Source: Candidatus Thiodiazotropha sp. (ex Monitilora ramsayi)
GTDB lineage: Bacteria; Pseudomonadota; Gammaproteobacteria; Chromatiales; Chromatiaceae
Assembly (NCBI GenBank): GCA_025655595.1
Contig: JAHXIO010000033.1
Location: 1,569 to 65,568, forward strand
Direction: 5' to 3'
DNA: 64,000 nucleotides
The notes under the pieces: model-generated
The model's database searches: none
What the model was told of the DNA's origin: nothing
Seen by the model: the letters and a program-made list of their open reading frames with translations, nothing else
Made by a program: the position numbers and the translations under genes
In this document: positions 51,169-59,810 of the stretch, piece after piece
Layout of the letters: each line of letters begins with the position of its first letter
Numbering within the stretch: the first letter of the stretch is position 1

Positions 51169-52127
51169 GTCGATCCCTTCAGCTGCATGGCATCCAACTA
51201 GGGTTGAGTGCCATGCTGCTGCTGAGCCTGCTTGCGGGTTGCAGCAGTCTCAGACTATCACCCTCTACTGCTGAACTTCCCTCGGATCTACCACCATTCA
51301 TTGAACTGGAGGATACCCCTTTCTTCCCCCAGGAGAAGAATCACTGCGGCCCTGCGGCGCTCGCTACCCTGCTCAATCAGCGCCAAATAGCGGCTTTACC
51401 GGAGACACTGGCGGAAAGAACCTTTCTGCCGGGCCTGAAAGGCAGCCTGCAGATAGAGCTGGCAGCCACAGCCCGTCACTACGGACTGCTTGTCTACCCT
51501 CTGACGGGGAGCCTAAACAGCCTTTTAAAGGAGGTCGCGGCAGGCAATCCAGTTCTGGTATTGCAAAATTTGGGATTCGGATGGTTACCCCGATGGCACT
51601 ACGCCGTGGTTGTGGGCTACGACCTGCAGCGCAGAGAATTGATCTTACGCTCGGGTAAAAAGCGGCGCCGGGTGGCCGGGTTCCAGACTTTTCTTAATAC
51701 CTGGCACAGAGGCGATAATTGGGGCATTGTAACACTGCTTCCCGACACCATACCGGCAACTGCGTCGGCTTTGACATACCTCAACGCAGCAAACGACCTG
51801 ACCTTATCAAACAAGCCTGAGGCCGCTCACCAGGCGTATCTGGCAGCGACTCAAGCCTGGCCTGATAGTGCCACAGTCTGGCTGACACTGGGCAACAGCG
51901 CCTACTCGAGGCAGGAGTGGTCTCTGGCATTGGAGTCATTACAGATGGCAGTAAAACTGGCCCCGAATAACCCTGCAGGCTGGAATAATCTGGCCTATGC
52001 ACTACTCGCATTCCAGCGTAACGACGAGGCACTTGACGCCATTGATCAAGCTATCCGCATCACACCGGCTGACCCAAATCTGCAGGATTCAAGAAAGGAG
52101 ATCCTACGAGCTCAATCACAACCTTAA
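51165..52127 (+). CDS. PA2778-family cysteine peptidase (C39-like) lipoprotein with C-terminal TPR repeats
   Basis: It has a lipobox (LLAGC), a papain-like catalytic Cys context (QEKNHCGPAALATLLN), HYAVVVGY, and then TPR repeats. Confidence 0.72.
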   Translation: MSRSLQLHGIQLGLSAMLLLSLLAGCSSLRLSPSTAELPSDLPPFIELEDTPFFPQEKNHCGPAALATLLNQRQIAALPETLAERTFLPGLKGSLQIELAATARHYGLLVYPLTGSLNSLLKEVAAGNPVLVLQNLGFGWLPRWHYAVVVGYDLQRRELILRSGKKRRRVAGFQTFLNTWHRGDNWGIVTLLPDTIPATASALTYLNAANDLTLSNKPEAAHQAYLAATQAWPDSATVWLTLGNSAYSRQEWSLALESLQMAVKLAPNNPAGWNNLAYALLAFQRNDEALDAIDQAIRITPADPNLQDSRKEILRAQSQP

Positions 52128-53836
52128 CGCTTGTTGGCATCATCCTTAACCAGGTCATAATTGTCATTTCTGACTCCCCGCATCAACAGATCCACATCAT
52201 CTCTCGGCACGTCGAGCATCTGCAGCGCAATGGCACCCAGTCGAAGACTGCTCTCCAGTATTTCTGGAAAGGCGTGAGTGGCCCCCGCGCTGATCAAGTG
52301 TCCACAGGCCTCAAGATCTCTCGCCCGTGATATGACGGGCACATGAGGAAATGTATTACGGATATGAGAAATCGCACGTAGTGCAATGGGACCGTTGTCG
52401 ATCGTCAATACGACCAATGATGCCCGACCCACATCTACGGCATCAAGCAGATCACTATGGCTGATATCACCGTAGTAGACCGGAAAACCATCCTTCTTTC
52501 CCTGTGCAACCCTGTCGGGCCTGGTATCAAAAACCACAAATGGCACCCCGCTGGTATGGAGCAGAACGGCGACAGTGTGCCCCACCCTGCCATATCCGCC
52601 GATGATTACCCGGCGGCTGACCTCCCCCTCTTCGCCTGCCCCATCGCCGGTCATCCTGTGCGAGATATTCTCCAGGCGATGGGAGAAAATATCACTGAGC
52701 CTGACCAGCAGGGGGGTTATCAGCATCGTCACTGAAATCACACCCACAGCCATAATGAAGGTCTGATCATCGATCACCTGCAGGGTGACGGCAGAACCGA
52801 ACAGGACAAAGCCAAACTCTCCTCCCTGTGCCAGATAGAAGCTGATTTTCATGGCGGTATCCCGCGTGACCCCAAATGCGAGTGCAAGCAGAAAGAGTAC
52901 CAGCAGTTTGATAGCCACGATGGCGACAATATGCTGCAGAAAAGTCAACGGTTCCTGAAAAAGTGACGCAAAATCGATCGACATGCCGACGGCCACGAAA
53001 AACAGGCTCATCAACAGCCCCTTATAGGGCTCGATGAAGGCCTGAATCTGCATACGGTAGCTTGAGCCTGAAAAGAGCATCCCCATGACAAAGGCGCCCA
53101 GGGCCATCGAGAGTCCGGCCTGATCCATAGCCCAGGCAGAGAGAAACACCGCCAGCATGACCACCAGCAGGAAACCTTCCCGATTGCCTTGTTTGGCCAG
53201 TTGATTGAGGGCATACGGTAGTAGGTAACGCCCCATGCCCCAGACAATCAGAATCATACCGATAACGATTGCGATCTGTTCCCATAGCGGCACTTCCGCC
53301 GACAACCGGCCTGTATCCGATAAAATGGGTACCACGGCCAACAGCGGTACGATAGCCAGATCCTGCATCAGGAGTATAGAGAAGGCCGTCATACCATGAC
53401 GGCTGGTAATCTCTCCTCTCTCCTGCAGTATTTGCAGTACGAATGCGGTTGATGAGAGCGCAAACGTCAGCCCGATCAACAGCGCCAATGTCAGATCGTA
53501 CTCGAAAAAACTGAAGTAAAGAGCGATCACGAGACCACTGAGGAGGATCTGTAGAGAACCCAGTCCAAAAACCTCACGCCGCATGGCCCAGAGCCGGCCG
53601 GGATTCATCTCCAACCCAATCAAGAACAGCAGTAACACCACGCCCAGTTCGGTGAAATGGCGTACATCCTCTACATGTTCTGTCACATAGGGCCCGGGCG
53701 AGTAAGGGCCGACAATGATGCCGGCCACCAGCAATCCCAACACGGACCCTAAACCGAGATGCTTGAACAGGGCCACGGCAACAGAGGTGACCAAGAGCAA
53801 CAACAGGGCTGAAAAGAGAAACGTGTCAAGGTGCAT
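52124..53836 (-). CDS. CPA2-family K+/H+ antiporter (KefB/KefC-like) with a TrkA-N (RCK) domain
   Basis: It has a Na_H_Exchanger membrane domain (LGSVLGLLVAGIIVGP; GLE) and a C-terminal Rossmann domain (VIIGGYGRVGHTV). The ATG at 53836 was chosen. Confidence 0.88.
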   Translation of the reverse strand: MHLDTFLFSALLLLLVTSVAVALFKHLGLGSVLGLLVAGIIVGPYSPGPYVTEHVEDVRHFTELGVVLLLFLIGLEMNPGRLWAMRREVFGLGSLQILLSGLVIALYFSFFEYDLTLALLIGLTFALSSTAFVLQILQERGEITSRHGMTAFSILLMQDLAIVPLLAVVPILSDTGRLSAEVPLWEQIAIVIGMILIVWGMGRYLLPYALNQLAKQGNREGFLLVVMLAVFLSAWAMDQAGLSMALGAFVMGMLFSGSSYRMQIQAFIEPYKGLLMSLFFVAVGMSIDFASLFQEPLTFLQHIVAIVAIKLLVLFLLALAFGVTRDTAMKISFYLAQGGEFGFVLFGSAVTLQVIDDQTFIMAVGVISVTMLITPLLVRLSDIFSHRLENISHRMTGDGAGEEGEVSRRVIIGGYGRVGHTVAVLLHTSGVPFVVFDTRPDRVAQGKKDGFPVYYGDISHSDLLDAVDVGRASLVVLTIDNGPIALRAISHIRNTFPHVPVISRARDLEACGHLISAGATHAFPEILESSLRLGAIALQMLDVPRDDVDLLMRGVRNDNYDLVKDDANKR

Positions 53837-54161
53837 ATATATTGATCTGTCTCTATCGGTTGCGGACCGGCAACTCATTCATTGTATAGAACAAGCGTTG
53901 ATAGTGGAAAACCCGTCAACAATCACCATGGCAGAGTATAAAATATGAAGATTCCCCTCTCAGGCCGGGACAACCTTACGCGCGAACACATGCGTACATA
54001 GAGGCACAGAGTATGTCACGTCTGCTGACGATTCCATGAACACTTTCAAGATCGTGCAGACAACCCCAATTTCTGTTGGGTATTGATCTATTGATTTGAT
54101 GGCTTTGTGGACTAGCTTCAACCTTAGTGTTAGCGGAAATTTCCCACCGCCCGGAGAATTA

Positions 54162-54401
54162 ATGATGATCTACTTCGACGCGAATGCCGTAGTCCATATC
54201 AACGAGACACTCTCTGCCGATCAAATACACGATATCGAGAGAGAGCTTTCTGGTGTAAGAGGCGTGGTCAGCGCCTGTGCCCATGTCAAAACACCCCATC
54301 TACTGGTAGTGGACTATGATCCACAGGCCATTCACTCCAGAGAGCTGTTACGCCACTTCGAACGTAACGGTTTACATGCGGCGTTGATTGGCGGTATTTA
54401 A
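54162..54401 (+). CDS. small hypothetical protein (79 aa) with a possible HMA/ferredoxin-like fold lacking CxxC
   Basis: GGAGAA SD 3 nt (tta) before a double ATG. The pattern ..VRGVVSACAHV.....LVVDYDP.....ELL..FERNGLHAALIG resembles heavy-metal-associated domains, but without the metal-binding cysteines. Confidence 0.5.
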   Translation: MMIYFDANAVVHINETLSADQIHDIERELSGVRGVVSACAHVKTPHLLVVDYDPQAIHSRELLRHFERNGLHAALIGGI

Positions 54402-54471
54402 ATTAGGCCCGAAACCTGAACAGATAGAGATAGTAGTTACACCAGGACATCCAGCCAGGGGATGGGTTACC

Positions 54472-54753
54472 ATGAGAGGGACTGAAGGAGATATCACAAC
54501 AACACAAATGGACAAACCCAAAAGGTTCAATATACCACTTGAGACTCTGTTGGAAGCGAAGAAGTGCTCGAAGAAACACGCGTGTCTGACAGAAGAAGAC
54601 TATAACCTCTGCGGCATCAAAATCACCACAGAGAATCATGCACGAATGATTTGTGGAAAAGGATCTGAATGCCCATACAGTTCATCACTCGGCAATAAGA
54701 TTGTCTGTACCTGCCCGGTGAGACATGCCATCTTTAGAAAATACGGCGTGTAG
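54472..54753 (+). CDS. small Cys-rich hypothetical protein (~93 aa; 7 Cys in ~50 residues)
   Basis: KKCSKKHACLTEEDYNLCGIKITTENHARMICGKGSECPYSSSLGNKIVCTCPVRH. The start is ambiguous (54388, 54472 or 54508). No family was recognised. Confidence 0.5.
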   Translation: MRGTEGDITTTQMDKPKRFNIPLETLLEAKKCSKKHACLTEEDYNLCGIKITTENHARMICGKGSECPYSSSLGNKIVCTCPVRHAIFRKYGV

Positions 54754-54811
54754 CGTTTCTAGGGCCTGTTAACACTAATCTGGTGGCAACGCTGTCTGCG
54801 AGTATGGATCC

Positions 54812-55501
54812 ATGCAACGATTTCAAGGTTTTCCGCCACAATCCCTAACCTTTCTCAGCGATCTCTCAAGTAATAACCGACGCGATTGGTTCCTCGATAA
54901 CAAAGACCGCTATGAAGATCACGTCAGGTTACCCGCACTGGCTTTTATAGAAGAGATGTCGCCGAAACTGGCTAGTATCTCCGACCAGTTCAACGCCATT
55001 GCGAAAAAGACTGGCGGTTCACTGATGCGCGTCTACCGGGATACCCGTTTTTCAAAAGATAAAACGCCTTACAAAACCAACATCGGCATCCAGTTCCGGC
55101 ATATCCTCGGCAAGGATGTGCATGCACCAGGGTTTTACGTTCATATCGAGCCGGGAGAGTGCTTCATCGGCGCCGGTATCTGGCATCCTGAATCAAAGAC
55201 ACTCGCAAAGATCAGAGATTTTATTACCGACAATCCCTCTGCCTGGGAGAAGGCATTGGCTCACAAACCCTTTCATAAACAGTTCCAGTTGGTTGGTGAC
55301 TCCCTGAAACGTCCACCCAAAGGTTATTCGGCCGATCACCCACTGATCGAGGACCTTAAGCGGAAAGATTTTATCGCACTGAAATCTTTCGACTGCAATA
55401 AGATTGAATCAGCAAGGTTTACCGATTTTGTTAGTAAGAGTTTTATCGATACCACACCTTTGATGCGTTATCTTTGCACCGCGGTTGAAGTGAACTTCTA
55501 A
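54812..55501 (+). CDS. DUF2461 (TIGR02453) family protein
   Basis: FLSDLSSNNRRDWFLDNKDRYE, GGSLMRVYRDTRFSKDKTPYKTNIG, PGFYVHIEPGE.FIGAGIW and LKRKDF are characteristic of this family. Confidence 0.85.
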   Translation: MQRFQGFPPQSLTFLSDLSSNNRRDWFLDNKDRYEDHVRLPALAFIEEMSPKLASISDQFNAIAKKTGGSLMRVYRDTRFSKDKTPYKTNIGIQFRHILGKDVHAPGFYVHIEPGECFIGAGIWHPESKTLAKIRDFITDNPSAWEKALAHKPFHKQFQLVGDSLKRPPKGYSADHPLIEDLKRKDFIALKSFDCNKIESARFTDFVSKSFIDTTPLMRYLCTAVEVNF

Positions 55502-55541
55502 AAACCTTTATCCATCAGTCGCTTGAGCAATAATGTTGATA

Positions 55542-56258
55542 TCAGAGAAAATCGACACGCAAATTGACCCTGCGGTTCTCTGCCCTGCCTGCCGAAGTCC
55601 GATTGTCAGCAACCGGCTGGGTATCAGCGTAGCTCACTGAGCGCAGCCTTTCAGCGGAAAAACCCTGATCGAGTAGAAAACGCGTAACGGCATTGGCCCT
55701 CGCGGCCGCCAACTCCCAGTTGGATTGGAAGCGTCCGCCAAGAATGGGTCTGTTATCGGTATGTCCCTCAACTGCAATATCAGCATCACCAATCGACTGT
55801 AGTACCCCAGCCAAGCGTTTCAGCACAGGTTCCGCCCCTGGAAGCAGTTCGGCTTTTCCTGATGAAAACAGAATCACATCAGCAATCTCAAGTGAGATGC
55901 CGAAGTCTCGTTCGACGACTTTAACTTCACCGTGAAACTCTGTCTCGATGGCTGTTTCCAAAAGGGACTCGGGGGTTACAACCTTTTCCACTACCTTAGT
56001 CTGAGCTGTCACTGGCTCTGACTGATCAACCGGCTCGATTTCATGGCTTACCTCTACGACGCTGTTTACTTTCTTGCTAATCTCCGGAACCTGCATATGC
56101 TGCACAGCCATATGCCCTAGCAACACTACCAGCATGGCCAACACCACACTGAGCATATCCACATAGGTCAGCAGCCAATTCGATTCAGGTTCGTCCGATT
56201 CCCAGGCGTACCAAGCGATCGATTCCAGCGGCGACTCCAAGTTGACATTGGATCCCAT
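55542..56258 (-). CDS. MotB-like stator subunit (OmpA-like peptidoglycan-binding domain)
   Basis: The N-terminal TM carries the conserved Asp (NWLLTYVDMLSVVLAMLVVLL). The C-terminal OmpA_C-like domain reads VEGHTDNRPI....SNWELAAARANAV..FL....RL.SVSYADTQP. AAGGAA SD. Confidence 0.8.
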   Translation of the reverse strand: MGSNVNLESPLESIAWYAWESDEPESNWLLTYVDMLSVVLAMLVVLLGHMAVQHMQVPEISKKVNSVVEVSHEIEPVDQSEPVTAQTKVVEKVVTPESLLETAIETEFHGEVKVVERDFGISLEIADVILFSSGKAELLPGAEPVLKRLAGVLQSIGDADIAVEGHTDNRPILGGRFQSNWELAAARANAVTRFLLDQGFSAERLRSVSYADTQPVADNRTSAGRAENRRVNLRVDFL

Positions 56259-56274
56259 CTCTCGATTCCTTTGA

Positions 56275-57078
56275 TCAACGTGAAGCTGCGAGTTCGAACT
56301 GGGGTCTTACCTCGGGCATCTCCTGCTTACGCTCGATCTCTTCCATCATCTCCCGAATCAGCTCTGCATGCTGCTTATCGCATAGCAGCATTACCGCCTG
56401 CAGGTAAGCAACGCGCCGGGCAATCTGTTTACGTCCATGCTCTTCAAGTTTGCTGGCGACTGGTTTTAGTACAAGATTGGCCAGGACCAGACCGTAAACT
56501 GTGGTCAGCATGGCGAAGCCCATGGCTGCGCCGATGGTGCCCAGATCGCCTGAGCCCAGTCCGAAAAGCATCTGAATGAGTCCCAACAGCGTCCCCAACA
56601 TACCGAAGGCCGGAGCATACCCGCTCATGGAGCGGACCATTTCGGCGGGACGGCGCAGGTGGTTCCGGTCGTCGGCGATCTGCCGCTGCAGGGAGAGGTT
56701 GATCTGATCCCTGGGAAAACCGTCCACGACCAATTGTGCCCCACGCCGAAGCAGGGGATCTTCGATCTCCTGGATGACCGCCTCTGCCGGCCTGATTTCG
56801 CCGCGGCGGTAAAAGTTTGCCGCCTGCAGGAAGTTTTGAAAGCCGTTCTCCTCGGTCTCATCGACAGACTGCTGTATGCGAAATTCACGTACATGCCGCC
56901 ATAGTGCCACCACGGCTTGCCGGGAATGGCTCATAACCGCTGTCAGTAAAGTACCGCCAACAACCAGTAACAGGCCGGTAATTACAGCCAAGAGTCCGGA
57001 ACCGGGGGCAAAGAGCTGTATCAGCACAGAGACCAGCACGACGATCGACAAAAGGGCAATCCAGACAGGCGTGATCAC
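56275..57078 (-). CDS. MotA/PomA-like proton-channel stator subunit
   Basis: It has 2 + 2 TM topology with a charged cytoplasmic loop and the MotA_ExbB C-terminal core (YAPAFGMLGTLLGLI....GAAMGFAMLTTVYGLVLANLVLKPVASKL). A GTG at 57078 preceded by GGAGAA is preferred over the GTG at 57108. Confidence 0.8.
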   Translation of the reverse strand: MITPVWIALLSIVVLVSVLIQLFAPGSGLLAVITGLLLVVGGTLLTAVMSHSRQAVVALWRHVREFRIQQSVDETEENGFQNFLQAANFYRRGEIRPAEAVIQEIEDPLLRRGAQLVVDGFPRDQINLSLQRQIADDRNHLRRPAEMVRSMSGYAPAFGMLGTLLGLIQMLFGLGSGDLGTIGAAMGFAMLTTVYGLVLANLVLKPVASKLEEHGRKQIARRVAYLQAVMLLCDKQHAELIREMMEEIERKQEMPEVRPQFELAASR

Positions 57079-57191
57079 AGGTATTCTCCAAAATCCGTTA
57101 AGTCGCACCTAATATTGCAAGTAGCAGGCCAGGTGTGGAGATAGGATTTTCTATGCCGTAATCCGAAGAGGTGGATCAGTGCGATGGGGAC

Positions 57192-57459
57192 CTAGTGGTC
57201 CATGCGGTAAATAAGGTAACTATCAGCCGGACCCACAAGCCTCAGCAGCAAGGCGCGCGAACGCAGGACTGGCAGGCCAATTCAAGTGAGCGCAACACCG
57301 CAGCTGAGGCTTGTGGGCCGGCCCGAAGGGAGACCAGCTCATGAGCCAATGCTGCGTTGTACTGCTTGGAAAGGGCTTGCCATTCCCGGCGCAGTACGCC
57401 TTGCCTTGGCCCATGAGCTGGGCTCTGATAGTTACCTTATTTACCGCATGGACCACTAG
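57192..57459. mobile_element. MITE-like non-autonomous element or structured palindromic element (268 bp)
   Basis: CTAGTGGTCCATGCGGTAAATAAGGTAACTATCAG at 57192-57226 is the exact reverse complement of 57425-57459. Inside are two further inverted repeats: 57227-57246 with 57303-57321 (one bulge), and 57334-57349 with 57406-57421 (one mismatch). A TA dinucleotide sits at each outer end. No transposase is present. Confidence 0.6.
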
Positions 57460-57614
57460 ATAAAGTACAAAACCGATTTCAATGAATGCGATCGGCAACC
57501 CAACCAAAATATGCCGAATATCACCCCAGGTGGATGGTTAAGGCCGCGAATGATATGCCCAGGCAAATGCCACTAGATGCACGATTTTTTCCATCTTAAA
57601 TCGTGCCGGACAAT

Positions 57615-59270
57615 TCAATCCAGCATGACTGGTTTCTCTCCAAACATCGGAAAACCATGTTTCTCAATTTTCGCGCGCATCTTCACATCCAAGTACATTA
57701 CTGGCACCTCAAGCTCGATCCGCTTGCTGTGTCTGGCCATGATCTGAATCGCTTCTTTTTGTGAGTCACGAGCACTAGTCGAGAAACTGCCGTAGGGGTC
57801 GGTAACAAACCATTTATCCATCTGGCGGCTGATGTGAAGTCGAGGTTCCTTGGTCTTGATCAGCGTACGCTCTATTTTGCCACCCCACTCTCCGCAAAGA
57901 TTCAACAGATAGTTGGGTATCAGCTCATCATAGAGCCGTCTGACGGTCATCATCGTCTGTTGATAATGAGCTTCCTGAATCTTCCCTTTTGTCCAGGCAA
58001 GTCCCTCCAATCCCATCTCCACTGCATGCATCAATAACAGTTTCAAAGCCAATCCAACCCACTCTTTTCGAAAGGGCGCCGGTGGAATGTGTCCGGGCCA
58101 ATGTGTCTGGTAACCATGCATGGCGCCGGATTGATGCCAGTCACTCTGTAACTCTTCTATGAAAAGCAGACGTCTACCTTTTTTATCTTGACGGATCTTG
58201 GTTCTGAAGTGGAGCAATAAATTGCGTTCGTAATAGTGTTTATTGTGATAGGAGATTGGATAGTCCGGCAGCGTCAACAACCATTCCCTATAATCACTCC
58301 CACCACACAGAGTTTTGTGCTCATAACGGTTACAGGGTTTGTAGGAGACTGGGATACCGACATGCTGAAGTGCATGTTCGCTGGCAACTTTGAATGCCGC
58401 CTCTTGGCTTTCAAAGAAAGACTCTCCACTGTGATGGGAAGTGATGAGGTTGCCTATGGTATCGAAAGCAAACCAGCGTAAAGTACGCTCCCACTTTAGT
58501 TTGGTATTGACCCTCATCAGATGACCGACTTTGTAGTAATGCATGGTATCCGCGTAACGCAACACACATACCTCTCCGGGCGCGTTGATTTTTTGAACCA
58601 ATCCCAGCCTGTTATGAGATTTAGTTTGCGGCAGTTCGATAAATTCCAAACCGCTATCCGTTTCCATCGCCAGCTCATGGGTCAGACAGGGTCTTATTAC
58701 AGAGAAGTCGATGCTATCCAAGAGTAGATCAAGGGTTATGACCTTTTCCCCCCTCCGATGGGATTTATCGAGTAATTGCAACAGGCCAGACCACTCCAGT
58801 TCCTCATTTCTGACGCCAGTGCGCCTGAGATTCAGCAACGTCCGCTTCCAATGTATTGGCGTTGCCCGCTTCAAGTTCAGCGCTTCGATACGACTTTTAA
58901 GCGAGCTGTATAGCCTGTCCGCATAGTTGAACTCTCTGGATATCAGAGGTAGATCCTCAGGTATGCGGCGCCTCACCTGTTCAATCTCACTCACCTGAAT
59001 ATCCTGCTGCACCCATTCACGAAATGCCCGGCGATCCTTCTTCGGCCAGTGCTTCAAACATTGCAGCTCATCGAGCGTATGTCCGGTGAAAATATAACTA
59101 CAGCCACCAGGCAGCCATTGTGACTCCGATGGCGGCACGACAATATCGATCAGCCGATAGAGCTCCTGTCGAGGCGTATCAGGTGAAATTACGCGGTTCA
59201 GGCGAAGTGCGTGATACCTGGCTCGAATATTGGTGATACCGGCTTTGCGACCGCTTGGCAGCAAAATCAT
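57615..59270 (-). CDS. hypothetical protein, 551 aa, no recognised domain, AT-rich relative to its neighbours
   Basis: A long uninterrupted ORF. The ATG at 59270 has GGTGGA 6 nt upstream. I saw no TM or signal sequence. A distinctive segment reads HFRTKIRQDKKGRRLLFIEELQSDWHQSG. Hand counts of two 60-nt lines give 37% and 47% GC, versus 62% for a line in aroA. Confidence 0.75.
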   Translation of the reverse strand: MILLPSGRKAGITNIRARYHALRLNRVISPDTPRQELYRLIDIVVPPSESQWLPGGCSYIFTGHTLDELQCLKHWPKKDRRAFREWVQQDIQVSEIEQVRRRIPEDLPLISREFNYADRLYSSLKSRIEALNLKRATPIHWKRTLLNLRRTGVRNEELEWSGLLQLLDKSHRRGEKVITLDLLLDSIDFSVIRPCLTHELAMETDSGLEFIELPQTKSHNRLGLVQKINAPGEVCVLRYADTMHYYKVGHLMRVNTKLKWERTLRWFAFDTIGNLITSHHSGESFFESQEAAFKVASEHALQHVGIPVSYKPCNRYEHKTLCGGSDYREWLLTLPDYPISYHNKHYYERNLLLHFRTKIRQDKKGRRLLFIEELQSDWHQSGAMHGYQTHWPGHIPPAPFRKEWVGLALKLLLMHAVEMGLEGLAWTKGKIQEAHYQQTMMTVRRLYDELIPNYLLNLCGEWGGKIERTLIKTKEPRLHISRQMDKWFVTDPYGSFSTSARDSQKEAIQIMARHSKRIELEVPVMYLDVKMRAKIEKHGFPMFGEKPVMLD

Positions 59271-59450
59271 CTCTCTTCCACCCACATGTACAGGGATACC
59301 CTAGGTATACCAGTGGATGGAGGAGCCTTTAACCGAGAGCCTGTGGGGAAATATGGCGCTGTAAAAAGGTTATCAAGGCGATTAACAGCCTAACAACCCA
59401 CTTTGAAATCGGTTGACTGACCGTCTGCCTGTTTGCCCGGACAATGGAGG

Positions 59451-59810
59451 TCAGAGCAGATGTTTACCGTCAAAAACGTCGAACGGCAGTTCGAAGGTAT
59501 CGATACCCGCCACACAGCCTAGATTGGCACGCATATGGCCTGGCGCTCTGGCAGTTTCGTGAAAGGTATAGATACCGCACTGCTTGCAAAAATAGTGTTT
59601 GGCGGTTTTAGCGCCAAACTGGTAGAGACCTAAATAATCCTTACTGGCTTCTATCTTAAACTGACTGAGCGGAATCGTCTCCGTCGTCATCATGGCACCT
59701 TTGCGTGAGCATAAGGAGCAGTTGCAACGTAGGCCTTTTGTGATCCCCTCTACCTCGAAAGTAAATCTGACCGCTCCACAGTGACAACTACCCTCATATT
59801 GTCTGATCAT
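59451..59810 (-). CDS. GFA-family (glutathione-dependent formaldehyde-activating / CENP-V-like) zinc protein
   Basis: GSCHCGAVRF, CNCSLC and FCKQCG zinc-binding Cys clusters, ~119 aa. Confidence 0.85.
   Translation of the reverse strand: MIRQYEGSCHCGAVRFTFEVEGITKGLRCNCSLCSRKGAMMTTETIPLSQFKIEASKDYLGLYQFGAKTAKHYFCKQCGIYTFHETARAPGHMRANLGCVAGIDTFELPFDVFDGKHLL

Noticed and set aside
55542-57108. Calling the MotA/MotB-like pair a Zorya (ZorAB) defence system.
   Set aside because: The MotA-like protein is ~270 aa and lacks the long C-terminal tail of ZorA. No ZorC/D/E-like nuclease or helicase genes are adjacent, and the GC content is host-like. The call is kept only as an analogy.
57223-57507. 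A 94-aa minus-strand ORF and a 40-aa plus-strand ORF (57341-57463, preceded by GAAGGGAGA) inside the inverted-repeat element. I considered a type I toxin-like peptide whose mRNA ends fold back.
   Set aside because: Both run through the inverted repeats that define the element. The 40-aa peptide is Pro-rich and not a clean TM helix. There is no independent support. It is worth a look only if the element proves to be transcribed.
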